A stretch of DNA of 64,000 nt from Candidatus Latescibacterota bacterium. Lineage in GTDB: Bacteria; Latescibacterota; UBA2968. The stretch lies in contig OZ242195.1 in NCBI GenBank assembly GCA_965205975.1, positions 160,001 to 224,000 of the forward strand, written 5' to 3'. Made by a program: the position numbers and the translations under genes. Below the pieces are notes generated by a model. The model had not been told where the DNA came from and did not search any database. It saw only the letters and a program-made list of their open reading frames with translations. This document shows positions 32,365 to 42,743 of the stretch, piece after piece (the first letter of the stretch is position 1; every line of letters starts with the position of its first letter).

Positions 32365-33795
32365 ATGCACACTCTTGAAACACATCCTTTTGCAGCGTTA
32401 TTTGGCATTGATGAAAGTGTGTCCGCGCAGGCATTGTCCGAAGCGATGTGCCGAGGTGCCGAATTTGCCGATCTGTATTTTCAGTATGTGCGTACGACGT
32501 CTCTCAGTTTAGAAGATGGCATTATTTCCAGTGCCAATACAGGTATTGATCAAGGCGTGGGGATTCGCGCGGTGATTGGAGATCAGGTTGGCTATGCTTT
32601 TTCCGAGAGTTTAGAAGCAGATGCGATTTATAAGGCTGCTCGGATAGCTGCTGCAATAGCAGAGGGCACAAAGAATATGCCGCCACAACACTTGCAGAGT
32701 AGTGAGGTTGATAATTATTACGAGATTGATCGCGATTGGGATGAGGTCAATATTACCGAACGTCTGCCATTGGTGCAAAGTGCAGAGACGATGACTCGCG
32801 CAATGGATCCCTCAATAGAAAAAGTGTCTGTGGGATGGATGGACAGGGATGAGCGCGTGCTCATTGTGACCAGCGATGGTGTTTTCAGTACGGATCGGCG
32901 GCCTATGGCGACGCTGTATTGCTCGGTGACTGCGAACAAGAATGGCGTGCGGCAGAGCAATGGGGCTTCGGTCTCCCGGCGCGAGGGGATTGGCTATTTT
33001 ACCGAAGAGAATATCAGGGCGGTCTGTCAAAAGGCAGTTGATCGCACGATGATTCTCTTTGAGGCGCAGCGCCCGCCCGCAGGTGAAATGCCGGTGGTGC
33101 TTGCAGCAGGTGCTTCGGGTATTTTGCTCCACGAAGCGATAGGGCACGGCCTGGAAGCGGATTTCAACCGCAAGGGTACGTCCATTTATGCGACGATGAT
33201 GAATGAAAAAGTCGCCCCGGATTTTGTAACGATCGTCGATGATGGTTTGCAGGAAAATGATCGTGGGGCTCTCAATGTAGATGACGAGGGTCAGGCTACT
33301 GCGTGTACGACGCTTATTGAAAACGGCGTCTTAAAAAGCTATCTGCACGACCGTATTTCGGCAAAACACTACGGGGTCTCACCCACGGGATCGGGGCGCC
33401 GCGAAAGTTTTCGGCATGTTCCTATGCCGCGTATGCGATCTACGTATATGCTCGACGGACCCCACTCCCGAGACGAGATTATTCGCGCTGTCGATTACGG
33501 CATTATTGCCGATACGTTTACCAATGGACAGGTGCAAATAGGCGCGGGAGATTTTACTTTTTATATCAAGAATGGATGGCTTATCGAAGGCGGCAAAATC
33601 ACTGCGCCGATCAAGGATGTCAATATTATCGGCAATGGTCCCGAGGCTTTGAAAAATGTGGTTATGGCAGCAGGCGATGCCGTGTTGGACGATGGTAGCT
33701 GGACGTGTGGAAAAAATGGACAGGGCGTGCCCGTTTCGATGGGTGTTCCGACGATGCTGGTGGAAAAGAGTATGACTGTGGGTGGGGTGAACTAA
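32365..33795 (+). CDS. tldD: TldD metalloprotease subunit
   Basis: HEAIGHGLEADFNRK, GRRES...PMPRM, C-terminal CGKNGQ. Confidence 0.95.
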   Translation: MHTLETHPFAALFGIDESVSAQALSEAMCRGAEFADLYFQYVRTTSLSLEDGIISSANTGIDQGVGIRAVIGDQVGYAFSESLEADAIYKAARIAAAIAEGTKNMPPQHLQSSEVDNYYEIDRDWDEVNITERLPLVQSAETMTRAMDPSIEKVSVGWMDRDERVLIVTSDGVFSTDRRPMATLYCSVTANKNGVRQSNGASVSRREGIGYFTEENIRAVCQKAVDRTMILFEAQRPPAGEMPVVLAAGASGILLHEAIGHGLEADFNRKGTSIYATMMNEKVAPDFVTIVDDGLQENDRGALNVDDEGQATACTTLIENGVLKSYLHDRISAKHYGVSPTGSGRRESFRHVPMPRMRSTYMLDGPHSRDEIIRAVDYGIIADTFTNGQVQIGAGDFTFYIKNGWLIEGGKITAPIKDVNIIGNGPEALKNVVMAAGDAVLDDGSWTCGKNGQGVPVSMGVPTMLVEKSMTVGGVN

Positions 33796-35112
33796 ATGGA
33801 ACGAGAACTTTTCGAACAAGCCGAGCAGGCGATTGCGCAAGCGCGCAGAGCAGGTGCGAATGATGCGATAGCGCGGGTGCGGGATGAAAACAGCACGGAG
33901 TACACGTATCGCGATGGTAATATTGAGCAGGTTCAACAAAGTGCTACCCGCGGCTTGAGCATTCAATTGTATGTCAATGGGCGGTATTCAACACACCAGA
34001 CCTCGGATTTGCGCGCGACATCAGTTGCCCGATTTGTCGAAGATGCGGTTGCGCTGACGCAGCATCTGGCCGAAGATCCGCATCGCGTTATTCCCGATGC
34101 CGCGCTGTATGAAAATCGGCCGGATACCGATCTTCAATCCGACGATGTTGTGGTGCGCGATTTGCCCCGCGAGGCGTGTATTGATTGGCTAAAAAAAATG
34201 GATGCTATCACCCATACAGATGACCGCGTGGTGAGTGCTACCGCTGATGTTTATTATGGTTGGCATACGTCGGCTCGGGTGAGTTCAAATGGATTTTCGG
34301 GGATACAGAGCGGGACTTCGATAGGCTATGGCGCGAGTGTGACGCTAAAAGAGGGCGAGCATGGGCGTCCCGAAGATCATCGCTATGTGCGGGCGCATCA
34401 TTTGTCGGATTTGCCCAATCCTGAGACGGTTGCGCGCGAAGGGCTCGACCGCGCGATTTCCCGATTGGGCAGCGAAAAAGCGCCGAGCGGGCGGGCGACT
34501 ATGGTGGTTGATCCCGAAGCGGGCGGGCGTTTGATTGGCGCGATATGGGGCGCATTGCAGGCGCGTAGCATTCAGCAGAACCGGTCTTTTCTCGCTGATA
34601 AAAAGGACGCGCAAATTGCCAGTTCGCTCCTGACGGTGACAGATGATCCTCTGATGGTACGCGGTCTCGCATCTCGGCATTACGATGGCGAGGGAATTTC
34701 GGCAAAGCGCAGGTGCGTCGTTGATCAGGGCGTCTTGCAAATGTATTATGTCGATACGTATTACGGGCGCAAACTCGGCTGGGATCCTACAACTGGAATG
34801 TCGTCTAATCTCGTTTTTGTGCCGGGTGAGAAAGATCTCAATGGTCTGATTGCAGAGATTAAAGAAGGCTTTCACGTCACGTCTTGGCTCGGTGGCAATG
34901 CCGATACGACGACTGGGGATTTTTCTTATGGTTTTCGCGGCTTTCGCATTGCCAATGGGCAGAAAATGGGTGCGGTATCGGAAATGAATATCGCCGGCAA
35001 TTTTCTCGATTTGTTGCAAAATCTCGTCGCCGTGGGCAATGATCCCAATGTCTATTCCAGCATGCAAACACCTACTCTAATTTTTGACAATGTGGCGTTT
35101 AGCGGGAAGTAA
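33796..35112 (+). CDS. pmbA: TldE/PmbA family protein
   Basis: DDP...GLASR.YDGEG, TGDFS, EMNIAGN. No HExxxH. Abuts tldD. Confidence 0.9.
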   Translation: MERELFEQAEQAIAQARRAGANDAIARVRDENSTEYTYRDGNIEQVQQSATRGLSIQLYVNGRYSTHQTSDLRATSVARFVEDAVALTQHLAEDPHRVIPDAALYENRPDTDLQSDDVVVRDLPREACIDWLKKMDAITHTDDRVVSATADVYYGWHTSARVSSNGFSGIQSGTSIGYGASVTLKEGEHGRPEDHRYVRAHHLSDLPNPETVAREGLDRAISRLGSEKAPSGRATMVVDPEAGGRLIGAIWGALQARSIQQNRSFLADKKDAQIASSLLTVTDDPLMVRGLASRHYDGEGISAKRRCVVDQGVLQMYYVDTYYGRKLGWDPTTGMSSNLVFVPGEKDLNGLIAEIKEGFHVTSWLGGNADTTTGDFSYGFRGFRIANGQKMGAVSEMNIAGNFLDLLQNLVAVGNDPNVYSSMQTPTLIFDNVAFSGK

Positions 35113-35139
35113 AAAGAGTGGCGTTAGAGAGGGAAAATA

Positions 35140-36426
35140 ATGTCTGCCGCGTCAAAAACGCCGCGCCATATTGCATTGGATATCCTCTGTCGCGTTGAAC
35201 GGGGCGCTTATCTCGACCGTTTGCTCGACGCGCAGCGCGAACATATTCGCGGTCCCGATGGCGATTTGCTTCAGCATCTCGTTCGGGGTACGCTGACCAA
35301 TCGGGCGCGGCTTGATCATATCTTGACGCCCTATCTCAAAAAACCCCTGTCCAGACAGCACGCCAAACTCCGCAATCTCCTGCGCCTCGGTGTTTATCAA
35401 CTCCAGTATCTCGACCGCGTGCCATCTTATGCGGTTGTTTCTGAAGCTGTTATTCTCGCTCGTCATATTCTCGGGGAGCCGATTGCGAAATTGGTCAATG
35501 CTGTGTTGCGCGGTGTGGCCGAAGATCGCAAGCCTGTTGTTTTTCCCGATTTTGATAGCGATCCCGTCGAATATCTCGCCATTGCGACATCACATCCCCA
35601 ATGGCTCGTCACGCGGTGGATCAAACGCTATGGCATAGATGAGACACGCGCCCTGTGTGAATTTGACAATGCCCAACCCGCCCTCACTATTCGTCCCAAT
35701 GCGTTGCGAACGACGCCCGATGCCCTGCGCGAGCAACTCGCTATTGAGGGGATTGACACTGAATTTGCAACATCCGATCTCCTCGCCGTATCCCATGTGG
35801 GCCACCTTTTTCAGAGCAGGGCTTATTGCGCTGGTCTCTTTAGCGTTCAAGGCGCGGGGGCTGCAATGGTTGTTCCACTGCTCGATCCGCAACCCGGCGA
35901 GGCTGTTCTCGATTTGTGTAGTGCGCCCGGCGGCAAAACCACTGCTATGGCGGAGCGCATGAAGAATCGGGGTTTTATTCTTGCTACAGATCTCTATCCG
36001 CGCCGTCTCGAAATAGTAAAACAAAACACGCATCGGCTCGGAGTTTCATGTGTTTATCCACTCGCTGCCGATGCGTGTTATTTGGCTGTCAACCGCTTAT
36101 TTGATCGGGTTCTGGTCGATGTGCCCTGTTCCTCGCTGGGTATTCTGAATCACCATCCCGACCTGCGCTGGCGGAAGTGTGATATTCAGGACCTTGCGCG
36201 CTTGCAACGCGCCCTTATCGAACGCGCTGCCGATTACGTCTGTCCAGGTGGTGTTCTCGTCTATAGTACTTGTACCCTCGAACCCGAAGAAAATGAGCGC
36301 GTTGTCGAAGCTTTTTTAAGCGATCATCCGGGCTTTCGAGTTACCCATCCCTATCTGCAATTGCTACCCCATCAAACTGGTAATGACGGTGTTTTTGCCG
36401 CGCGGTTGCATAAGACGGCTTCTTAG
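35140..36426 (+). CDS. rsmB: 16S rRNA m5C967 methyltransferase (Sun/RsmB)
   Basis: NusB-like N-terminus, SHP.W, DLCSAPGGK, DVPCS, YSTCT. Confidence 0.92.
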   Translation: MSAASKTPRHIALDILCRVERGAYLDRLLDAQREHIRGPDGDLLQHLVRGTLTNRARLDHILTPYLKKPLSRQHAKLRNLLRLGVYQLQYLDRVPSYAVVSEAVILARHILGEPIAKLVNAVLRGVAEDRKPVVFPDFDSDPVEYLAIATSHPQWLVTRWIKRYGIDETRALCEFDNAQPALTIRPNALRTTPDALREQLAIEGIDTEFATSDLLAVSHVGHLFQSRAYCAGLFSVQGAGAAMVVPLLDPQPGEAVLDLCSAPGGKTTAMAERMKNRGFILATDLYPRRLEIVKQNTHRLGVSCVYPLAADACYLAVNRLFDRVLVDVPCSSLGILNHHPDLRWRKCDIQDLARLQRALIERAADYVCPGGVLVYSTCTLEPEENERVVEAFLSDHPGFRVTHPYLQLLPHQTGNDGVFAARLHKTAS

Positions 36427-37922
36427 GCCAACTCGTAGTGCCTGCGGTCAGGCTGAGGCACTGGCCGGGCATCTTCGGTGTTTATGCTCCAGTCGGCGAG
36501 TCGCAGTCGCATGTCGGCGAGGGCGTCGCGATGTTGTTCTTCGTCGATCACATTGACCAACTCGCCTGGGTCGGCGACGAGGTCGTAGAGTTCGTCGCGA
36601 TCTCCCATGGGGTCGTGGACGTACTTCCACTGGCGGGTGCGGACCATCTTGCACCGACCGGCTGCCTCGCGCCACTGCAAGGTGTCAATCAGGGTCTTGC
36701 GGCCCCAGGGTTGAGGTAGCTTTTCCAGGTCGGACATGGTAAAGAGCGGTCCTCCACTTCCGTATTCGGAAAAAGTCGCGTCCCGAGGTGCGGCTGCAGT
36801 CACAGTGGGCAGTGGTATTCCGTGCATGGAATTCGGTTGGGCCATTCCTTGCAAGTGCAACAGCGTGGGTACCACGTCGATCAGATTGGCCATGCTTTGA
36901 TCGCGCACCCCGGCGGTGACCTGCCCGGGCCAGGAGACGATCAGCGGCACCCGAGTCAGGCTGTCGTAGAAGACTCCGCCTTTGCACTGCATGGCGTGTT
37001 CCCCCATAAAGTCGCCGTGGTCCGAACAAAAGACGACAATCGTCTGCTCTCGCAGCCCCAGTGCATCGAGTTTGTCGAGTATTTGGCCGAGTGCGTCGTC
37101 GATAAAGCGCACCATACCAAAATACGAGGCCATAACGCCATAGAGATCTTCAGTCGAATCGCGGCGCATTCCCAGCATCTGGTAGAGCGCGCGGTTGCGC
37201 TCGGGGGCGCGTTCGTCGTCAAATTCGTCGTCGCGCCAGGGGGGAAGGTCAATGTTTTCGGGCGGAAACAAGGCTGCATACTCGGCCGGGCACAGCCACG
37301 GTTCGTGTGGATCGGGAAAAGAAACCCACAGGGCAAAGGGCTGGTCCTGGTGCTTTTCGATAAAGCGCGTCGTCTGTCCAGCGATCAGGCCGGTGGAGTG
37401 GTCCTCTAAGGGTAGTTCGGAGGTGCCGTAGCTGAAGCGGGGGTTCTGATGGGCGAGCTGGCGATTTTCGGCGGCGACCTTGCGGCGGCCTTCTGCCGGG
37501 CGGAACCAGTCCATGCCCCGCGTCTCTTCGCCGCTACCGCCGTGGGTACCGGGGTTCCACACATCGAAGAGGGCCAAATCCTCTTCCTGTTCGAAGCAGT
37601 GGTTTTTGCCGATCAGGCCCGTGGCGTAGCCCGCCGCTTTCCAGAGTTGCCAGGCGTGTTCGGCACCGGCTGGCATCAAGGTCTGGTTGCGTCGGCCCCC
37701 GTGCGAGTGGGGAAACTGCGAGGTCCAAAATGAGATGCGTGCTGGCACACAGAGTGGGTGCGGGGTGATGGCGTTTTCAAAGAGGACTCCGCTGGCGGCC
37801 AGGCGTTCCATCGACGGGGTTTGGCAAAAGGTGTTGCCGTAGAGATGGCTGGCTGTGGCGCGCTGTTGGTCAGTCATGATTACGAGGATGTTGGGGCGGT
37901 CAGTCATGGTGTTTTTGCTCAT
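36423..37922 (-). CDS. Sulfatase (Cys-type, formylglycine-dependent)
   Basis: PNILVIMTDQ, CVPAR (CxPxR), GKNH, SDHG. Confidence 0.92.
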   Translation of the reverse strand: MSKNTMTDRPNILVIMTDQQRATASHLYGNTFCQTPSMERLAASGVLFENAITPHPLCVPARISFWTSQFPHSHGGRRNQTLMPAGAEHAWQLWKAAGYATGLIGKNHCFEQEEDLALFDVWNPGTHGGSGEETRGMDWFRPAEGRRKVAAENRQLAHQNPRFSYGTSELPLEDHSTGLIAGQTTRFIEKHQDQPFALWVSFPDPHEPWLCPAEYAALFPPENIDLPPWRDDEFDDERAPERNRALYQMLGMRRDSTEDLYGVMASYFGMVRFIDDALGQILDKLDALGLREQTIVVFCSDHGDFMGEHAMQCKGGVFYDSLTRVPLIVSWPGQVTAGVRDQSMANLIDVVPTLLHLQGMAQPNSMHGIPLPTVTAAAPRDATFSEYGSGGPLFTMSDLEKLPQPWGRKTLIDTLQWREAAGRCKMVRTRQWKYVHDPMGDRDELYDLVADPGELVNVIDEEQHRDALADMRLRLADWSINTEDARPVPQPDRRHYELA

Positions 37923-37926
37923 TTCT

Positions 37927-39189
37927 TTATGCGGTTGCCGACATGGCTTTGCTCAATATTTCCGATGTGCTCGGGCGCATGATGCGGGGATCGACTTGTT
38001 CTCCGGCGCTGAGTGTGTCGCGCACTTGAGAGCCTGAAATAAAGACCGGTTGTTCATCGGGGTGATGTTCCATTAAATCCACGCGTCCAAGTGATTCGTA
38101 ATAGGCGGCAAACCCAACGTTCACGGGCTGAATTTGGAGGTCGCCATTTAGATTTTCAAAAATCTCCTGTGCATCGAAGTCCCCCCAGATCGCGCTGCCG
38201 TCGTGATAGGGGGCATCGGCGTGTTTGCGGCCGATGATGATGTCGGTGAATCCAAAGTTCTGGCGGTAAATGGCGTGCATGACGGCTTCTTTGGGTCCGG
38301 CGTAAAACATTTTGATATCCAGTCCGAGCAAAATGACTCTGTCCGGTACAGATTCTCCGCGTTTTTGCCACAGGTCCGCGTCGCTATCCCCTTCGCCCAG
38401 TCCCCGAGATGCGATGAGTGCTTCGTAAGTTTGCATGCGAATTTCTGCGCGCACGTCGTCCGATTTGGTTTCGCCCACGAGGGGATTTAAGCACGCGCCT
38501 GCGTTGTGTCCCTGGCGCAGGAGGGTTTCCAAGCCATATACCAGTGCATATTCGTGTGCGCGATGCAGGGCATTGCGCGTTTGAAATGCCACAACGCGGT
38601 TCCAGCCTTTTTGGACCAGGAGGGGCCTGACTTCTCGCGGGCTGAGTACGTATTGTCCAAAATGTGGATTTTTGGGTTGGGGTAGTACTTGTATTTCACC
38701 GCCTATGAGATGGGTTTTGTCGCCGTCGCCATTGAGGACCATATCGGCACCGGGGTGGTCTGTACGATCCGTTAAATATACGCGCTGGAGGTATTGGGTT
38801 TTATCCCATTCAAAGATGTCGCTGATGTCCAGCACCGCCACTATTTCGCCAGATGTGTTTTCCAATGCGACTTTCTGGCCAATCGAAAGTGTTTGGGCAA
38901 GATTGGGACTCACGGGTAGTGATATTGGGATCGTCCAGGCATAGCGCTTGCCATCTACTTTGATGACGGATTCGTCGAGCACTCGATGATATGTTTGTGC
39001 ATCCATCGGTCCTGTAAGCGGACTCAATCCGCCGTCGCCAAAACGATAGACCGAGGATAGATCTGCATCGCTGACCGGGACGCGCGTCAGTCCGTTTGCT
39101 CTGGATAAAAATGTTTCAACATCTGCTACCATGCGATTGACCGGTTCGGATAGACCACCGTGGGGTGCAATCAGGGGTGTATCGGACAT
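37927..39189 (-). CDS. sat: Sulfate adenylyltransferase
   Basis: [51 protein letters not shown]. Confidence 0.93.
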   Translation of the reverse strand: MSDTPLIAPHGGLSEPVNRMVADVETFLSRANGLTRVPVSDADLSSVYRFGDGGLSPLTGPMDAQTYHRVLDESVIKVDGKRYAWTIPISLPVSPNLAQTLSIGQKVALENTSGEIVAVLDISDIFEWDKTQYLQRVYLTDRTDHPGADMVLNGDGDKTHLIGGEIQVLPQPKNPHFGQYVLSPREVRPLLVQKGWNRVVAFQTRNALHRAHEYALVYGLETLLRQGHNAGACLNPLVGETKSDDVRAEIRMQTYEALIASRGLGEGDSDADLWQKRGESVPDRVILLGLDIKMFYAGPKEAVMHAIYRQNFGFTDIIIGRKHADAPYHDGSAIWGDFDAQEIFENLNGDLQIQPVNVGFAAYYESLGRVDLMEHHPDEQPVFISGSQVRDTLSAGEQVDPRIMRPSTSEILSKAMSATA

Positions 39190-39308
39190 TTGGGTAAACC
39201 TCCTATTATTATGATATTCTTGATTTACTAAGTAATGAATATATATTTGACCTGTTTTCTGTCAAGAAAGAAAGCGGTTTTGGGCCTTGACCTTTTTAAG
39301 CTGGCTTC

Positions 39309-39641
39309 TCATCGCGTTTTTTGCGCTTCCATATATGCCCGTAGGACCGCATTCATTCGAGTTTGATATCCCCTGCCGAACGATTGAAAAAAGTCAACAA
39401 CATCGTTATCAATTCGCAGCGAGATTTGTTTCTTTCTTTTTGGCATTACAACCCGTAGTTGTGTCAGGTCGCAGTCTTCTAAGCGCAGTGAGTCGGGGTC
39501 TTCGCGGGCGTTGCGCTCAATTTCCTCTTCGGTCATTGTGTCCAACCGATGCCAATCGGTTTTGTCTTTCTTGCTGCCTACTGGCACACCTTGGGAAACA
39601 GAAGTTATTTTGTCTTTCTTTTTGTTTGTGATCCTGCTCAT
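39309..39641 (-). CDS. brnA: BrnA-family antitoxin
   Basis: TDWHRL N-terminal part and C-terminal KKQISLRIDNDVVDFF...GYQTRMNAVLR. Confidence 0.9.
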   Translation of the reverse strand: MSRITNKKKDKITSVSQGVPVGSKKDKTDWHRLDTMTEEEIERNAREDPDSLRLEDCDLTQLRVVMPKRKKQISLRIDNDVVDFFQSFGRGYQTRMNAVLRAYMEAQKTR

Positions 39642-39651
39642 TATCGCCTCC

Positions 39652-39915
39652 TCATGTGTTTAACTCAAACACGTTCCTCTCTTTTCTACTCGCTTTTCGT
39701 GCCGAAATGATCCTCCGGGCCTCGTCACGCCAGGTATAAACAACGGCAATTACGTGATTGTTGAGCATGCCAAGTGCAAGTATCCGAGCTTCGCCATGTC
39801 GCCTTTGGGGAATCTCTACAACTGTATTTTCAAAGATGTTTATAGCGACTCGAAAGTCGTAGCCGTGTTTCTCAATATTGGCAAGCCGCTTATTTATATC
39901 CCATTCAAATTTCAC
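39652..39915 (-). CDS. brnT: BrnT-family ribonuclease toxin
   Basis: FEWD..K...NIEKHG.DF, GEAR, RIISARKA. GTG start at 39915. Confidence 0.9.
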   Translation of the reverse strand: MKFEWDINKRLANIEKHGYDFRVAINIFENTVVEIPQRRHGEARILALGMLNNHVIAVVYTWRDEARRIISARKASRKERNVFELNT

Positions 39916-39967
39916 ATAATGAATATACAAAATGTAGATACATTTATCAATACAAACAATACAAAAT

Positions 39968-40004
39968 AAAACAGGCACTTGCGAGAAGTACGTAAGTGCC
40001 TGTT
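39968..40004 (-). terminator. Terminator of tRNA-Lys
   Basis: AACAGGCACTT...AAGTGCCTGTT hairpin with an A run on the plus strand. Confidence 0.7.
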
Positions 40005-40011
40005 CGGATTA

Positions 40012-40087
<76 letters not shown>

Positions 40088-40106
40088 GTTTTTTCAGGTG
40101 ATTGGA

Positions 40107-40135
40107 AATGTAAAGAAGCCTTTGCGCGATGTCAA
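40107..40135 (-). promoter_or_regulatory. Sigma70-type promoter of tRNA-Lys
   Basis: TTGACA-17 bp-TACATT. Confidence 0.65.
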
Positions 40136-40605
40136 GTCTTGCGAATATAAGTTCCGCTGCGTCCACCGCTTTTTTGCAAGAGACAGATTTCTCCGATGAC
40201 CATGCCGCGATCTACTGCTTTGCACATGTCGTAAATGGTCAACAGAGCGACACTGACCGCGGTGAGGGCTTCCATTTCGACACCTGTGCGGTCGGGTACG
40301 CGCACAGTTGCACGCGCTGTAATGCTCGTATTTTCGGCTTCAAAATTGAGTTCAACGCCCGTAATGCCCAGCGGGTGACACATTGGGATGAGGTCAGATG
40401 TGCGTTTGGTGGCCATGATGCCCGCAATGCGCGCTGTTTCCAGCACGTTGCCTTTGGGCATATTTCCTCTGGTGACGAGTTGCAGGGTTTCGGGCTGCAT
40501 TTCAATTTTGCCCGATGCGATTGCCTCGCGGTCTGTCACGTCTTTGTCTGTGACATCCACCATCTTCACGGATCCCTGTTCGTCAATATGTGTCAATTTT
40601 GCCAT
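40132..40605 (-). CDS. moaC: Cyclic pyranopterin monophosphate synthase
   Basis: LTH...MVDV, LIPMCHP, TGVEMEAL, YDMCKAVD, KSGG.SG. Confidence 0.96.
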   Translation of the reverse strand: MAKLTHIDEQGSVKMVDVTDKDVTDREAIASGKIEMQPETLQLVTRGNMPKGNVLETARIAGIMATKRTSDLIPMCHPLGITGVELNFEAENTSITARATVRVPDRTGVEMEALTAVSVALLTIYDMCKAVDRGMVIGEICLLQKSGGRSGTYIRKT

Positions 40606-40611
40606 GATCTT

Positions 40612-41835
40612 TTACCAGCTATTTAATAAAATGAGGTCCAATTCGGTTCCCGCAGGTACATGGGCATCTTCGGCGTTGACTACGAATAAGCTGTTTGCGC
40701 GGGCCATTGAAAACAGATCAGCCGAGCCGTGGTGCCCGACCCAGGTGCTTTCCCAAATGCCTTTTTTGTCCTGAACACTGTGCGCGGGTACAAATTGCTT
40801 TCGCCCGGGCGTTTGTCGAAAATCTGCACTGAGTACTGTGCGGACGGTGGGGAGATGCAAATCCGTCATGCACTGCATTTTTCTGATTGCAGGACGCATG
40901 AGCAATTCCAGGCCGACTACAGAAGATACCGGATTGCCGGGCAATCCAAAGACCTGTCGCGCGCCTTTTACGCCAAATGTCAGGGGTTTGCCGGGTTTCA
41001 TGCGGATGCGGTCAAATAGTACTTCGACACCCAGATCTCGCATGCCGTCTTGTACCAGATCGTATTCGCCAGCAGAGACACCACCAGATAGGGCGACGAT
41101 ATCACAGGTCTCCAGACCTTCGCCGATGGTTTGTATCAAGGCATGGATGTCGTCTTCTACAATGCCGAAATAACGCGCTTGCGCCCCTGAGCGCAAGACT
41201 TGAGCCATCATTGAGTATCCATTGCTGTTTCGTATTTGCCCGGGTTTGGGTTTGTTGTGTGGTTCAACAACTTCGCTGCCGGTTGCCACAATGCCAACTA
41301 CTGGTTGGCGATAGACCTCGACATGGATATGTCCCACAGCGGCGAGAATGCCAACTTCGAGGGGGCGTATGACTGTGTTGGCTTGCAATACGACCTGATT
41401 GACGCGCACATCTTCGCCGAGGCGGGCGATATTTCTGCCTGTTTCCGTGGTGTCGAGTACCTGCACTTTTTGGGCGTCTGTATGTGGTAAGGTATCTTCT
41501 ACCATAATTACCGTGTCTGCGCCATCGGGTACGGGTGCGCCCGTCATAATTTGAGAGGCTTGCCCACATTCCACGCGCTTTTGCGGCACGGTGCCCGCTG
41601 GAATTTCTTCGATCACATCGAGTATGACCGGTGTATTTTGGGATGCGGATGCGATATCTGCTCCCTGAAGGGCATAACCATCCATGAGGGCTTTGTCAAA
41701 GGGTGGCATGTCGATATCCGAATGCACATCTTCGGATAAAACGCGCCCGAGTACATCGTCCAATCCAACGCGAATTTTGTCAATTTTCTGTGTGTTTTCC
41801 ATTACTATGCGAATGGCATCATCCATTTCAATCAT
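40612..41835 (-). CDS. moeA: Molybdopterin molybdotransferase
   Basis: PPFD...MDGYA, IMTGA.VP, SGGVS.G..D, KPGKP, LPGNP. Confidence 0.95.
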   Translation of the reverse strand: MIEMDDAIRIVMENTQKIDKIRVGLDDVLGRVLSEDVHSDIDMPPFDKALMDGYALQGADIASASQNTPVILDVIEEIPAGTVPQKRVECGQASQIMTGAPVPDGADTVIMVEDTLPHTDAQKVQVLDTTETGRNIARLGEDVRVNQVVLQANTVIRPLEVGILAAVGHIHVEVYRQPVVGIVATGSEVVEPHNKPKPGQIRNSNGYSMMAQVLRSGAQARYFGIVEDDIHALIQTIGEGLETCDIVALSGGVSAGEYDLVQDGMRDLGVEVLFDRIRMKPGKPLTFGVKGARQVFGLPGNPVSSVVGLELLMRPAIRKMQCMTDLHLPTVRTVLSADFRQTPGRKQFVPAHSVQDKKGIWESTWVGHHGSADLFSMARANSLFVVNAEDAHVPAGTELDLILLNSW

Positions 41836-41966
41836 AACTTTACTCCTTGTTTTATTTTCATTAATCGCGCATAATATACGTAAACTTGCCCGAAGTATCT
41901 GAGATTTTTTTTGTATTTTTTATGGGAAAGATCGCGATAGAGCGTATTTTAACTATAAGGAGTAAT

Positions 41967-42686
41967 ATGTCCAAAACAGCAATTATTACTGGCGCAGGTA
42001 CCGGAATTGGTGCGAGTATTGCCATTGCATTTGCCGAAGCGGGCTATAATCTGGTGCTCGCGGGGCGGCGCGTAGAACCTTTGGAAGAGACAGCACGGCA
42101 ATGCGGCACTGCCAATATCGAGATCTGTGCTACCGATGTTGCCGACCGCGAGGCGGTTCAAGTGCTCGCCGAACAGACGGTCGCGGTTTTTGGGCGCATT
42201 GATATTTTGGTGAACAACGCGGGTATCAATAGTAAAAAACGCCACTTGATCGATATTGCGGATGAGGACTGGGATCGCGTTATGGAGATCAATCTCACGG
42301 GTGCTTTTAATGCGTTTCGCGCTGTTTTGCCGCAAATGAAAGTGCAAAATGACGGTCTGGTTATCAATATCTCATCTATGGCTGGCAAAAGAGCGGGTAT
42401 GATCAGTGGTGTGGCTTATAGCGCGTCCAAATTTGGCATGGCCGCGCTGAATCAATCGATCAATGTTGAGTTTCGAGAGGCGGGCATTCGCGCCTGCTGT
42501 ATTTATCCCGGTGAAGTCGATACACCTATCTTAGATCACCGTCCCAATCCCGTCTCAGATGAAAAACGCGCCGCTGCACTTTTGCCCGAAGATATTGCTG
42601 CCGCCGCACTTATGGTCGCTCAGATGCCGGACCGCGTCATTGTCGAAGAAATTACCATTTTTCCACGCCGGGTGGTTGGGAGATAG
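41967..42686 (+). CDS. SDR family oxidoreductase
   Basis: TGAGTGIG, NNAG, YSASK, PG.VDT. Confidence 0.9.
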   Translation: MSKTAIITGAGTGIGASIAIAFAEAGYNLVLAGRRVEPLEETARQCGTANIEICATDVADREAVQVLAEQTVAVFGRIDILVNNAGINSKKRHLIDIADEDWDRVMEINLTGAFNAFRAVLPQMKVQNDGLVINISSMAGKRAGMISGVAYSASKFGMAALNQSINVEFREAGIRACCIYPGEVDTPILDHRPNPVSDEKRAAALLPEDIAAAALMVAQMPDRVIVEEITIFPRRVVGR

Positions 42687-42743
42687 TATGTCCGTGATAT
42701 CCACTTATGTGCGTGCATTAGAATTAGTAAGGATAAAAATAAA

